64,000 nucleotides of DNA from Paragordius varius (GCA_964247055.1 OZ176050.1:11098001-11162000), one strand, 5' to 3'; counted from the stretch's first letter, positions 38,477-52,000 are shown. The notes: generated by a model from the sequence alone, not told the origin. Made by a program: numbers and translations.

Positions 38477-39110
38477 GATTAATAATCACCATTTTTTTAT
38501 ATTTTCATACAAACGGCTTAATTAACCTAGAATCCGATAGTATAATTTATACATCTTATATAGATTCCAAGTAATGAATACATTTGTTTCAATTTTGTGG
38601 CCGAAAGATGGTATCCGCTTGCTAATATGTCAGAATGGAAATCGCTCAAAGTTTACGAATATTATAATCCAAGTAATATATTTTTACGGGTATAATAAAA
38701 AAATAATTACATGTTAATTTACATATTTTAGAGTGAATTATTAAGGCACAAAATAAGAAAAAAAATAGTTTGTTGATATTTCACAACCCAGAAACAAATA
38801 ATCCTATTAATATAAACATCTTTTACTTTAATTGACGCTTTGACAGACTTTTAAAGAGTAAATATTTTTATATATTCCATATTTTATTTTACCTTGTATT
38901 TTAGCTCGATTTAATGCCACTCTGTATGAGGCATACAATTTAAAGGTGTTAGATATATGTCATGTTTGTGGATCTTTCCAATGCCCATACTGTCCTGGTT
39001 TTAATTCTGCATTTTCTAAAATCAATCATATTGCACTTTTTATTAGCATTTTATCAATAATTTATGCATTTAATTTTATAGGTTTGAACGTTATTATTAT
39101 ACATTTTTAA
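7886..39110 (+). CDS. Mcr: Macroglobulin complement-related (Mcr/TEP6-like) alpha-2-macroglobulin/CD109 family protein; signal peptide, no thioester, C-terminal Cys-rich motif and hydrophobic tail; more than 30 exons
   Basis: Signal peptide MLYGLILFLCFLETKS at 7886. Spliced exons give KPVYKQGQLVRFRV, DPYG..LQRWLNRQSNMG, GQ....FLVEEY, TFGFVLTPDMAP, GSPGAYVGLS, WLWHDFNIG, VGEQLGIRVAVFNY, NITETPIIP, GDVVGP, YQRLLS, GLMYW, VETTSYAL, IIKWLNQQR, DTLIALQAL, MAIVEIDIPTG, ERWYPLANMS, YEYYNP and CHVCGSFQCPYC, then a hydrophobic tail ending at TAA 39108-39110. These resemble arthropod Mcr as recalled; a few internal exon boundaries are approximate. Confidence 0.88.
11683..11708. repeat. (TA)13 microsatellite forming an Mcr 3' splice region
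   Basis: Its last A is the A of the acceptor AG (11708-11709). Confidence 0.85.
12504..13091 (+). mobile_element. 5'-truncated Penelope-like retroelement remnant with inverted 3' pseudo-LTR (fold-back)
   Basis: ORF 12701-12970 has SALAYHAHKYRHKIDWENVEILDNE....R.LKE..I....INR, the C-terminal half of the PLE GIY-YIG endonuclease. Arms 12504-12715 and 12887-13091 are about 210-bp inverted copies. It lies in an Mcr intron. Confidence 0.68.
12542..12587 (-). ncRNA. Candidate degenerate minimal type I hammerhead ribozyme in the Penelope pseudo-LTR
   Basis: Minus strand reads TGTTAAT CCGAAGA A GTTAGA-TGAA-TCAAAC GAAA AT TC ATTAATA: 7-bp stem I, core CYGANGA (U4 is C), stem II (perfect in the other arm, GTTAGA-TGAA-TCTAAC), GAAA, and a UC cleavage site. 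Stem III is only the palindrome AATT. Confidence 0.45.
14135..14310. mobile_element. Small Tc1/mariner-type MITE (TA|CAGT ends)
   Basis: TA-CAGTATG at the left and CATACTG-TA at the right. GGTTGCTTATTTCA (14151) is exactly inverted at 14287-14300 and the imperfect inversion continues for about 50 bp. Confidence 0.6.
18199..18442. mobile_element. hAT (Charlie-like) MITE
   Basis: Ends CAGGGATGTTCAAC and GCACACCCCTG, internal GCGGCCC motifs, flanks attaaaat / atgtaaat (6 of 8 match). Confidence 0.62.
22401..22550 (-). repeat. 21-bp tandem array (GATTGACTGGGAAAACGTTTC on minus), 7 units
   Basis: Counted directly; left TIR of the transposon. Confidence 0.9.
23273..24298 (+). pseudogene. DD34E IS630/Tc1-like transposase pseudogene (about 340 aa)
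   Basis: ATG 23273 (MSETGIKKK..). HTH-like N-terminus needs three frameshifts, all in homopolymer runs. Catalytic IYLDECG, FIMDNARI and LSPYSYMLNPIE, with 34 residues between D and E. In-frame TGA at 24140-24142 is followed by a plausible C-terminus (LIKLAAGSITSEDSRNYF) ending at TGA 24296-24298. Confidence 0.86.
24585..24837 (+). repeat. 21-bp tandem array GATTGACTGGGAAAACGTTTC, 12 units
   Basis: Counted directly (read as VSIDWEN repeats in the ORF track); right TIR of the transposon. Confidence 0.92.
25213..26732. mobile_element. Non-autonomous family A element (MITE copy 1) with about 470-bp TIRs and 21-bp arrays (11 and 12 units)
   Basis: TA|TACCATTTCCCAGTCTAAATAAACG at 25211 and the inverse ending at 26732, then TA. 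No transposase inside. Confidence 0.88.
26735..28026. mobile_element. Non-autonomous family A element (MITE copy 2), directly abutting copy 1
   Basis: Starts after a single shared TA (26733-26734). Internal sequence is a diverged direct repeat of copy 1. Arrays have about 7 and 9 units. Right end is GACTGGGTGGTA|TA (AAA deleted). Confidence 0.86.
29895..31869 (-). mobile_element. Decayed, 5'-truncated RTE-clade LINE with 5' inversion
   Basis: Minus part (29895-~31203) runs from ILKKGDPKSFNNY through QAGFR..RGCRD, ICFIDFSKAFDSVKHD to LLYFGHITR and GKVEGSRKRGR, with a TAA-like tail. Plus part (~31204-31869) is an upstream RT-linker piece in opposite orientation. Candidate TSD ATTAATGTT at 29886-29894 and 31870-31878. 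Confidence 0.8.
32312..35306 (-). pseudogene. APE endonuclease + reverse transcriptase + PHD-like zinc finger ORF of the RTE element (one frameshift, one in-frame stop)
   Basis: APE motifs ATWNVGTL, CCIQE, STYAPQ, GGDFN, IDF. RT motifs KAPGP, YRPLKLL, QFAFR, FVDLERAFD, GLHQGSVLSPLLF, LFADDLV. Then CSIC..C..C..WVHKKC..C..C and RTE C-terminal SALTYSSETW / RLYGHTQRR. Frameshift in the A-run near 34695; TAA at 32768-32770. Confidence 0.9.
35567..35636 (-). ncRNA. HDV-like self-cleaving ribozyme at the exact 5' end of the RTE element
   Basis: Minus strand: P1 GGCCAAC/GTTGGCT (G.U at the cleavage site), P2 CCT(A)TTGCC/GGCAAAGG, P3 ACC/GGT, L3 TCCCCGG, P1.1 CC/GG, P4 GCAT-GAAA-ATGC, J4/2 GCTAA(C). 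G1 (35636) is the first base inside the TSD. Confidence 0.82.
36703..37330. mobile_element. MITE family B with TACCATTT terminus and inverted 21-bp arrays (GTTGGTCCTTGAACACTTCAA)
   Basis: TA|TACCATTTGCACTTCAAG at 36701 and GAAGTGCAAAAGATA|TA at the right (2 mismatches). About 4-6 units per arm with an AT-rich core. Confidence 0.78.
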
Positions 39111-40008
39111 ATTTTTTTTATATTATTAAAAATAGTTTACTATAATTAAATTTTTAAATATTTCTATACACAAACATTCTCATGCATAAATCATCAAACA
39201 TATCTGTGATTATTACAAGGTTTTAGACTGTAAATAAATGTGATATTATCAATACAAATTAATTTATATGTATCAGATTTTTATAAAATTTTTACTTTAG
39301 ATTAAGTTTTTGAATTACATACAGTAAAAAATGAAATTATACGGACAAAGCGTAAAAATATAAAAACAAACCTTATTTATACCCATAAATTTAATATAAT
39401 TGTAAAATATATAGTTAATTGGTTACCATACATCTCTATTAGATACTTTGCAATTTAATTATATATAAACAATCAAACAGCGGTCTTTTGAAAAATTTTG
39501 ACATTTTATGTAAAAAGCGGGGCGGAATTTACGGGTAACGCTTTTTAGCGGTTTTACTTTTACGCCAATAAACAAAATAATATATAAATTTATTTTTCGG
39601 TATCGTAAATAAAGTAATTTTTAATTTACCAAAATATTAAAGTATATATGAAATATCAAAAATATAATATATATTGAGCTTAATATTAAAAATAAAATAT
39701 TAATGCATTTCACAATACTAATATAATATAATACTGGAAAATGAAAAGAAATCATCAGGTTACAAATAGTCACATGTGAATGGAAAAATATACCTAATAA
39801 TTGCACAAAAAATTTTAAACAAAATGTTTTCACGAGTAAATGGCTAAGAACCAAAGTTGTACAGTATACAGTATAAAGAGCAAAATTATAAATAAAGTTT
39901 TATTAAGTCCATAAAAAATATGTTAATTTAAGCAAGTTAGCAAGATTAATCGAATATAAATCTTATAATAATAATATTGGCTTTTGCAATAAAAATTGAA
40001 AAGCCATT

Positions 40009-42976
40009 CTATTTTTCAACAATCTCCACCAACAAATCATTCATTTCAACTTTTGATTTTTTCTTAACATAAATCTTTTTAACTCTTCCGTCCAAGGGTG
40101 CGGCTACCAACATTTCCATTTTCATGGCTGATAGGATTATCATAGGGTCACCCTTCTTAACATCACTTCCTTCTTTAACCTGTATTAAAACATATATATG
40201 AAATTGAGGATTAAAGTATTTATATCTTTGGGTATGTATTTGATTTATTTGAGGATATAATCATCAAATTTTTGCGTATAATTATGCGGTCAAATAAATA
40301 AGCTATTGGTTTATTAAAAAAAGCGCCGAACCAAAACAAATTATTTAACCAAAAAACAATACCTATCCCATTTCGTCGGTGTTTCTTAAATTTTACGGAA
40401 CTCAAACGGGTTAATGAAAAAATGACTAAGATCAAATTTCGTCATAAACAAAAACATATTGAATTTTTCATAAATTATGCTCATTTGAATAAAAAGTAAT
40501 AGATTTAAACCTAAACCCTATAAAAAGATTTTGAAATTAAACCAAATTAAAAGATACCTGAATATCGATAATTTCCCCAGGCATTGGAGAGCCTACGGAA
40601 CCTTTATTGTTCGGATCGGCTTTCTGAGATGTGACACTTTGTTTCATAGCTGATTTATCTTTAATGTAAACGCTCCGTAATTGGCCATTCAGTTCAAAAA
40701 AGACTTCTCTTTCCCCCTTATCAGTTATATCACCTTTTGCAAGTGTTTTAATATGGAGTGTTTTACCCTTTTCCAAGTTAACCTAATATATTTAGCCAAA
40801 GATAAAATTGTAAAGTATTTGTTTCAAAAGTATTCGTTCATGATTTTTTCGATACTATGAAAGATCCTAGTTGTCGAGTTAGAATCGTTTAAAGTTGGGT
40901 AAACCTTCCTACAAATGCAAATAAGTTCTGATAATTTATAAAAAGTAGTTTTTATTATTTTTATATATTTGTATTATTAAATAATAATATTTTTATTCTT
41001 ATAAAGAAAATTGATTCTCTCAAAGGGCCATCACGATCAGGATATTAAGCCATATATTTATTCCCATACAATCAGAAAGGTTCATTCTATATTATCTTAA
41101 AAAACAACTCTCAGCAGGTAATATTTTATTAATTAGTAGCTAAGTAAGTAAAAAAACCTCGACTTCTTGAGCAATCGACGGTCCAATCATAAAAGTCGGG
41201 GTATCCAATAATTCCACAGGCCCATACACAGCTTTATATTTAAGGTAATCCTTTGTTACGGCTGGATACATAGCGTAACTTAGCACTTCTTTCTCAGTTA
41301 TTTCAGAGGGGTCTATCACATCCACCAGAGATTCTGATAGTTCCGTTTTAAGTTTTGTGAAATCAACTGCTGGTAAAAATTTCCCAGCTCTTTCGGTCAA
41401 AGGTTTTCGACCCTTTAGGATCTTGGTATAATGATAAATTAATATATGATTAAATCATATAATCCAAATTTTAATTTAATTTTAATAATATTTTGAAAAA
41501 TTTCATGATATGCCAAAAATTAAAAATATACCTTCCGTGACCTTTTAGGCGCATTATTTCAAACATATTTTATAAAAAAGTTATTTTGTGAAAAAATCTT
41601 CATTTCAAACTGGTTGCCGCCAAATAGTTTTTGATTACACTAAAAAACTGTCACATAAATATACCCATAATCAATAAATTTGATTAATTTTGCACTGTAA
41701 GTTACGAATTGTAAAAAATGAAAGATCTTTATCCAATTTAGAAATATTATATGGAAAATATGTTTTTGCGAAAATATGTTTTGGCAAAAATAACATGCAA
41801 ATATTTAGTATGAGTAGAAATGCACTGTACTTATACAGCAATGAGAATTCTTATTGGCTAACAAAGCGAAAAAAATAGCCATAAGCCCATAATATAGATT
41901 TTGGAACAATTGTTTTGAAATGTTGTGTTACGCAAAAACTTTTAAAATAATAAAATAGTGAATATCATATATTATGAATTATATTATTGTATTCATACAA
42001 CAAATTTTTCAATTATAAAAGAATCATGAAATTATCCTAAAAAATGTTAATAGTTTTATTAAAAAACTAAAATTTACTCTATCTCTTACTTAATAGTATT
42101 CTCGCACAAATATTTAAGTAATAAATTAGTCAATATTTTTATTAAAAAAATCTGATATTCTCTGTTAAAATATATATGCTTAGAATATTACAATGTAATA
42201 AAGTTAAAAATTTGATAAATAAACCAAAATATAGATATACTCTATCTCTTAAAGGTTGTGGATATCCACCGTAAGGTTGTCCCAGTTCCCCCATCATAAA
42301 TTCCACGACTGATTGTGGAAACGATAAATCTTCCGCCTTATCTATAACGTCTTGCGGGCTCAAATTATTTTGTACCATAAATTGGGCTAAATCACCTACT
42401 ACTTTGGATGTTGGTGTTACCTAAATTTGAAACATTTCATTGAAAATTTTTTTATTTCATTAATTATTGTAAGATAGCATATACATTAAAGATCCTATTA
42501 ATGTATATTGGGCGAGTTTAAAAAATATGTATTTTCACCTTTTTATCCTTTTACTTAAAAACTTGCTCTTTACTGTAAATGCAACTGGGATTATTTCTGT
42601 AAAACTACCAAATGTTTTTACTCACCTGTTTATACAAGAGTAAAAATTTGCGTGAAAACGTTTTTGTTAAAATATTTATAAAAAAGCCCATAAATGATAT
42701 ATATATATATATATATATACTTTAATTAGATCACCCAATAGCTTATTGGCTTGGATATAGGCCTTCTTTACAGCCCCAAATTTATCACCTAAGCCAAGGG
42801 AGAACGATTGAAACTGCAGATTAGTGTATTGTCCACCCGGAATTTCATTATCATAAACATCGGCACTCCCACTCCGCATTGTGGTACAACATTCAAACGG
42901 TGCATATAAGTGCCGAGTTTCTTCCCAAAAAGCTGAATAACCAAATATGGCTTCAAGGTTTAAACCTAGTTAATAT

Positions 42977-43027
<51 letters not shown>

Positions 43028-46000
43028 TGAAAAACACATATTATGTTTTATAACATGTACTGGTAAGCAAAATAAAATTATATAACGTATATAAATGGTT
43101 CTTTTGTGAGTGATTTTTTTAAATATATATAGATTTAAAAAAGATAAACCATTCGTTATTTAACTGTTAAAAGGAATAAATAAAAATCATAAATTTACCA
43201 GTCGCTGATACCCGATCCAAAATTTTATTGTCCTTTGTTTTGTCGAAACCTGCAAAATATATATGGTGTATGGTGATCACTTGATAAAGAATGAATTTAA
43301 TTTATCTATTTCTAACTAATCAAATATACTAAGTTATAAAACTCACTTGCCTAGGGTTGACGATCAGGATGAAAAGTCGTTTATAAAACCACGTGATTAA
43401 TTATTTTTTCCCATTTCTTAAATCGTAGTTTTAAGTTTTTGATAATATAAATAATTGGGTATATAATATATAATTCTTGAATGCATTGAGTAAATGAGAT
43501 TTTTATATTATGTTTAGTGTAAGATAATACCCATTATTTTTTGTTTTTCCCATATAGCTTGGTATTAATAGTCATTTTTGAAATCTTTTTTTTTTGTCAA
43601 AAAATGGTGATTTTTTTACCAGCATGCAATCTCCCCCATTGTAAGGTGCGTCGTAAGACATGATTATTTTTATTGAACTTAAGTTCTAGCTTTTAGTAAA
43701 AAAAGCAAATTTTGCGTGTTTCAAATTACCTAAACAACATGCGATAGCACCCATAGATGGTTGACTCGTCAGCCCAGACATACTATCAACCGCGACATCA
43801 AAGACAGAAGCTCCAGCGGCAAAACAAGCCAAACCAGTGGCAACGCCAGAACCTGCAGTATCATGCGTGTGAACGTGGATAGGAACATGGGGGTGTCTTT
43901 GTTTCAAAGCATCAATCAACATTGTAGCAGCGCTTGGTTTTAGTAGGCCAGCCATGTCCTTTAAAATAATATACACGTATGCACATTATTTGTCATAGTT
44001 GACCAATAATTGGCTGCATAGTAGTGTATGGGTAAAAACAACAAATGATTGGTGTTAAAATTAGGCACGATTTTTCCTATCTTAAAACATTAAATACTCG
44101 TTTATTTTATTATGGACAAAATTTGGTATATATCATACGCTTCTGTATTACCGATTTTGGCCAACAATAATGTGAAATTAATTAACGATTGGGAAAAAGT
44201 ATAAAACTTTTGTTTAAAGAGGTAATTTATAATAAATCATTCGCTATTTACGCACTGGAATTATTATTTAATTTAAGATTTAAGCTGGGTGAATATTTTA
44301 AAAATAAAAAAAATAAATAGGCTTAATTTGTTAAAAACCTTTCAATTAGTTTATGATTTTATGGAAATTTTATAAATATAATAAAATTAAAGATAACTAA
44401 TAAAGACAAGACATTTCAGGGTATATCATATGGGGTAATTAATTATAAAATATATAATCAAAATATTGGTGTTACCTTAATGCATAAGATATGGGTTCCT
44501 CCCTTGATTAATTCATCTGCAAGTTTCATGTAGTAGGATAAATCATATTTGGTTCGAAGAGGGTTTGATACATCACCCGTATATGAAATGGCAGCTTCGA
44601 TAACACCTCCTATGTGTTCAATAAAAAGTGTTTTTCAGCGTAATTTAATAAATTTAAAATAAATAATTAATTACCAGCTTTTCCGACTGAATCACAGCCA
44701 ACCATGAGATTTGGTAAATAATTAAAGGAATCAAAAACACGGAAAATATCCATTCCTTCTTTCTTGGCAACTTCGCAAAACCTGAATGCATACATATATA
44801 TATAAAGTTAACGGGTAAAAATTATGGATAAATATTTAATTTTATAATTAGCTGAGCAAATAAATTTATTAGGCAATCATTAGAAACTCATTATTAAAAA
44901 AACAAAGTTAAACAATAAAAATATGTAAAAGCGTCAATATATCTTGATAATAACATTATATTGGTAAAAAAATCTAAATATTTAACTAAAAAACACAGTT
45001 TTTAATATTAGGTAAATATATCAATGAGTGCTGTCTTACTTATAAATAACGTTATCAGGGTAGTTTTTATAGCCTACAGCGTTTGCACCTCTCAACAACA
45101 TTTGAAAGGGAATGTTGGGACAAAGCTTACGCATTTCAGCCAATCTTTGCCAAGGGCATTCATGTAAAAAGCGCATTGAAACATCAAACGTGGCACCTGG
45201 AGAAGATTAAAAAAGATAAAAATGGTAGATCTTAAATTTTATAATAATTAAATATAAGAGTAGACGAATTTAACATTTTATGGATATAATCTACTAATTT
45301 TGGAAAAATAGTATTTACCAAAAACTAAAAAATGTGTTGGAAAGAATTTATTAAGTTTAACTAATTCGACGATATATCAAGTGTTATATCATAATTTCAT
45401 GTAAAAGATGTCATTCATTAAAAAGTGATAAATGAAAAAAATAAGATTAAGTTTGACGAACAAATCGTAAGAATCTACACCATCTTTACTATATCTATGC
45501 AAATGTTTAATTATAAATAACTTAGGTATATGATATATATTCTTAAATATATACCTCCCCAATTTTCAAGGCTGAATAACTGATTCATATTGTAGGTTAC
45601 AAAGGGTGTTATCTTCAAAAGATCATACGTCCGTATACGTGTAGCTAATAAACTTTGATGGGCATCACGAAAAGTGGTGTCAGTTAATAGCGGTTTTCCA
45701 TAAGAGTTTAGGGTTTTAGCGAATTTTTCGGGACCCTGTTCAAGTAATATATCACGCCATCCGGAGGGTGGAGGCTTATCTGCAAGGTTATATATTGAAA
45801 AACAATATTTATATTGTTAAAATCAAGAAAAAAATAAGTATAAATATTTATTAGAATGTACACTGTCAAACTAAAATTTCCAAGTTAGAATTAGAATATT
45901 TTATAAAAACTTTTTATTTGTTTCATTTTATATATATTGCCTATGTGATTAGATTAGTTGTTAATTTGGTTAAATGGGCTACACCTTTAATTTTATATTT

Positions 46001-49000
46001 GACAAACTATCTATATGGACTTATAAGCTAAATAAAATATTGATTATTTCAAAATAGCAATACACTTTTACGATTTGAATGTCTTTACTCTATCTAATAT
46101 AGTTATGAAATTATTGTGTAAATTGGTAATAATGTTTATATTACAGGAAAACGTGATTAAAACTTATAAAGCAAAAATGTAAATTTAATGCAAATATTAT
46201 TACGATTATGATTCGTAGGTGGCACAGTAGGGTGTATTCGTGTATCAGGTTTTAGGCCTGTTATAAGAGGTGTTGATGGTCCATTAACCATTACCTCACT
46301 CAAGTAATGTAAAAGCTTCATAGCTCTATTGCGTGAGGGAGTAAACTTAAACAGCTCGGGATGCGTATCGATAAAATCGGTGTGCGTTTTCCCCTGCAAA
46401 AATGTTTCATGCCCAATCACGTTAAGGAGGAAGGGAACATTAGTCTGCAAAATATGTGTAATTTAAAATATAATTTGCGAAAACTGAAATATTCTTCATT
46501 TAATATAGAATTGCCATAAACTCCCCAGGCATGCCTGATAGAAAAGGGAATGTTACAATCGTTAATTATAGGAAAAATGGGCTTTTAAACCTATATTTCT
46601 GTATTTTAAAAATTTCCAAATTACTTTGACTTAAAACATGGTTAATTGGTCGACAATATCAAAGATGTACCTTATTCAAAAAAATGATTTTCATTCATTT
46701 ATTTTTTGTTAAATTTAGCTGTAAACTTTACAAACATAAATAAATAATCTTTTTGAAAAAAAAAACATTTACTCTTCATTACTTTTACACCACGAATGCG
46801 TATTTCTTTGAGAGCCCGATCCATTTTACGGCAAGCGACTTCAAGACTCTGAGACGAATGAGCAATAACTTTACATAGCAAACTATCATAGTAGGGTGTT
46901 ATAATGGCTCCTTGATAAGCTGATGCACTGTCTAAACGTATACCCATACCTTCACCGCTACGAAACACCTTTAAAAAAAATAAAATTTTTAATTAAAATA
47001 ATTGAGATGGAATTAAAATAAATTAAAAAAATATTGCAGAAATTGATAAAAAAACAAGGAAATTACATAAATTAGATTTAATGTTTTTAAGAATGAAACA
47101 GTAACATATTTAAGAGCGATTAAATGGTTATGCCATCCGAAAATCAATATAATCTCTAATATATATAATTCGTTACTTTCAAAAAAAATCTTCCCAAAAA
47201 AACACAGATATATATCTATATATATATATATATATTTACATATATAAATTAACTAATTATTATCCAATAGCAACCCAATAGGAAATTAAAATTAGTGATA
47301 ATAATTTTGATTAAACGCAGTTATATTTTGATAAATAAACCTCTAATCTCCCCGAATCCGGTTGAAAGTTGCGGGCAGGGTCTTCCGTAGTAACGCGACA
47401 TTGTATAGCAGTCCCATCAATGTGGATATTTTCTTGCGTTAAATTCATCTCGGCTAAGGTTTGGCCTTCAGCTACACGGATTTGCGAAGCTACTAAATCC
47501 ACGCTATAACGCATAAAATATGGGAGTTCTTTTTGAAAAAAATGGCAATAATTTAATGTAAAAATATTTTCAATCACTGGATGATATAACAAATGGTAAG
47601 GGAATAGTTTTTATTTAATAAATTATGAAAAAAGAGCAATAATCGAATAACATAAATTATTCGATTGCGACAAGTAATTTTGGTCAAAAGTAAAAAAATT
47701 AAATAATTTGATTTATGAGTGAATTTATTCCAAATATAATGATAAGGTTTCAAGAAAATATCGTTGATTATAATGATGTTTTAACACTATTTTAATATAA
47801 AATACCAGTACAAATGTATAATTGTGTTTATCACTCAAAGCAAAAATAAAAAATAATTAAAATCAAATAATGAATTTAAAAAATATAGGTAAGATTTTTT
47901 ATAAAAGATGTATTGTTAATCAATGTAACTCATTGATTTTAATCAGTGTTTATATTATTATAATAAATTAATTCCATTACTAATATTTCACTGGTTATGA
48001 CCATACTACATTTATAGAGAGTAACCAACAATTATTCTTTTCTTACAGATTTTATCCAATAATAACTCCAAATTATTCCAATTTATAAACGAATTTTTAA
48101 AAAATTTTAGAAAAAAATACCCGGTAATTTCTTCCGTAACAGGATGTTCAACTTGCAAACGAGCATTGACTTCCATAAAATAATGCTTTCCCTGATCATC
48201 GAGTAGAAATTCGATTGTACCAGCATTGTAATAGCCTATCACAATAATCATGCAATAATGAATGTTAATAATGTATAAAAGTCAAATTTTTTGGTAAAAT
48301 CATCACATGCAATTATTAATCTATTTTGTGCCTGGTTACAATTTTTACAAAATTAAATTAAGCCAAAAATAGAAATAATACTTTAAAAACTAATATCATT
48401 TAGGTTTTAAACAAAATGGATATTCTTGGTTTAAAAAAACCATTGTTAATGTGACAAATCTTCATAATTCTCTACGTGAGATGTAAAAATTTATCAATGT
48501 AGAAAACCAAACTAAGTAGGAAAAAATTTAAAAACAAAATTAATATATGATTAACCAGCATGTCGAGCCAATTTAAGAGCATCACTACAAATGGCTTCAC
48601 GGACATGGGAAGGTAAGTTTGGGGCTGGAGCAATTTCAACAATCTTTTGATGTCGGCGTTGAACACTACAATCCCGATCGAACAAATGAATTATGTTTCC
48701 GTATTTGTCACCTGTATAAGGCATAAAATAGTAAATTGATTTTTTTTATAAGAAATCTTGGAAAATAAAAAAATGTGGCCAGGTATTATTGTTTTAGGTG
48801 GAAAAAAGAGATGAAAATCAAGGCCCACTCTATTTTGAATTTAACCATTGTAACATAGGTTATAAAGAAAAAATCAATAGGATCATAAAATATTCGTCTT
48901 TACTCTTTATGTATTACCTTTATAAAATAAATTTTACCTGAAAATGTATATATAAATTTACCTATGTATTATTAAAGCCATCATTCGGTACATGTTTAGG

Positions 49001-52000
49001 CTTATAATAAAATTTATTTCTTTTGATTATATTTTAACATATATACTTATTTTCAATGTAATGAAGAGAGAGCTTATAAAACACCATATATAAATATTGA
49101 AAATTTTACCCAAAATTTGGACTTCAATGTGTCGGGGACGTTCAATATATTTTTCCATAAACAGGGCACCATTACCGAAAGCGGCTTTGGCTTCGTGTTG
49201 TGCACGATCAAACATATCTTTTATTTCCTAAAATACAAAAATATATATAAAAAAAGTCTAAAATGAGACACTTTGAATATGAAGTTAAGGAAACTATTTT
49301 ATAAATATTTTACAAATAAATGAATTAACATTTCGTTGACAATTTTTTATGACTCATGGTTAAATGAGAACGATATAATTTTTGCAAAATTATCGATTTT
49401 CCCCATAAAAATACATATTTATATATCGAAAAAATAAATTTATCCCCAAAACAAAACAGACCAAAAAGCATGATACAGTAAACAGTCTATACGGGTCATT
49501 TCATTGGTTACTCACTTAAATTCACCATAATGGGTGACAATCAAAAACGAATTAAATAATATTTACCCCTATTAACAAATTTATTGGCCCATATAACCAA
49601 TTAGTGTAATTTCATCTGTAAATGACAAAACGTAAAACCAATAGACTAATACTTTTTTGATAAAAATAACAATAATTTTTGATCCGTGATATTTGATAAC
49701 AATTGTAATCATATAATTGAATGTGATCAATTTACATCTCATTTACGCTATTTTGCAATCCAAAACAAAACATTATTTTTCATAAAATCAAGGCTCCTGT
49801 TTTTACTGTAATTATCTATCCAAAGTTTAAATTAAATGGTTCGAAAAACAAATTTTCTTCCACCAAAGAAATAAATGTAAAAAAGTGTTTGATTAAAAAT
49901 TGCATACATTTTGTTTTCGAACAACTCTCATGCCACGACCCCCACCCCCATGAGCAGCCTTTAACATGATGGGTAATCCGTGTTGGGCGACAAAACCTTC
50001 AACTTCCTTTACATCGTGTACTTCTTGAGTCGTCCCTGGTATAATCTGGACACCTAAAAAAATATTAAAAAATATATATAAAAACCAAAGTTTACCAACT
50101 AACAAGTTTGGATTACATATAAAATTGATGTAATACGCTTGATAAAATATTTTTTATGCATTCAAAAGATTATAAATATATGGCAAAGTTAAGTTACAGA
50201 TGAGTAAGCATTGCTATTGGTCACTTTAGGAAAGTATTTATAAAGAAAATTAAAGTGATTTAATAATTTTGTGCAAATTATATAGATTTAAACATTTTTT
50301 AGCCAACAGAATAATAATGGTTGAGTTAAAGTATGAGTAAAATAACAATGCTATGTTTTCATTTTCAAATAGTAATTAGCGTAAAGAGTTATGTATTAGA
50401 GGCTTAAGACTGTGCATAGAAGAGGCATTTTCCCCCATTTTCTTGCTTTTTTGCTATTAATAATTCTCATTACTGTAAGCTATAATGGCTATATTGAATG
50501 AAAAATTAACAATGGAATATTTTTATACTGTAAAACACGATTAGATCATTTTAAGGCAAATATAATATAATCAATTTTAAATCCTACCATATTATAAATG
50601 AATGTTGTGCGTTGCCCAAAATTTGTTATAAAAATATTATAAAACATATGTATAAGTATAAAAAATTAAGATTTTTATCTTAATTTTACATAAAAACATT
50701 AAATTTTGCCGATAAAATAATATAACTCTAAAAAAACATTGACTATTTTTGTGAATTTAAATACATATATAATATACATTGCAAAATTATATAAACTCAG
50801 TTTACATACGAAATAAACATTAAAACATATCGACATTATATGACCGTTAAAGCTTTTAAATTTGGCTATCTTTAAAATTAATTTGCATGACCTTATAAAA
50901 TTATGTGGTGTATTAAGATATATAGGCTGCACATTTTTTTTTTCATTTTAATGCATAGCCTTAAATATTGTTTAATTTCAATAAAAATAAAGTTGGCCAA
51001 AGAATGTTATTGTAAAAAATGTAACTATATGTAAAAATTAATTTTTTATGATTCACTAAAATGTACTCTTTAACAAAATAACTTAATATGGAGATCAAAA
51101 CTGCAAAAAATTAATAATCTTTGGAAAAATGCCCTAAAGCATCAATCCATATCTAATATCAAACATTATAAAAAATGTTGATGGTAGATTAATCATATTA
51201 ACAAAAATAATAATTATATTATTCATTAAACCTTTTAGCAATTTATTTATAATTAGAGTATTTTAATCTAAATAATAGTAAATTGTTTCAGAAAAAGTGT
51301 ATATATTTACTCTCAAATCATATTAAACCAAATAGATGATTATCGATTCACCTCATAAATTATAAACACAAGCCAAAAAAAATTGAAGTTTAAAAAAATT
51401 TAACTAAAAAAAGAAATTAACCGGTTTCGATGGCCACCTTTTTAGCGCCAATCTTATCACCCATAACTTTCATAACTTCCGGTGAAGGGCCGATAAACTC
51501 CATACCGGCATCTCTTATGGCTTTTGCAAATTGCCAATTTTCCGATAAAAATCCGTAACCCGGGTGAATAGCATCAACTTGATGTTCCTAATATAATACA
51601 ACAAATTTTGACAAAGTGTATTCTAATTAAGATCGTATATTTAAATGCATTTTTTGGGAAAAACGCATTAGTAGGCCGCCCATTCAAAATTAATATTTTT
51701 TCTATATTATCTCGCCGATTATCAATTGGTAAGATTTAAAGTGGTAGATAAATTTATTATTAAGCTTGTGATTAAATAAACATAATTTAAATTAGATACG
51801 GTTTGATTTATTTTCACCAGATTTTAATTTTTTTGCGGAAAAAAATATTTTATCCCAATTTACAAATCATCGTTCAAAGGAAAACACAGCGTGATAGACC
51901 ACAGCTAGCATTAATAACATAATTTAAGTATCTAAATAAAATTTTGTTATTGTTAATTTAAAAAAAATTATACCAAAGCAACTTGAACAATTTCAGGGAT

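Noticed and set aside
48670-48690. PC motif reads FDRDCS rather than the usual (Y/F)ERDCS
   Set aside because: Conservative substitution at a residue I do not recognise as catalytic or a Mg ligand; the EVN..QVEH residues are intact.
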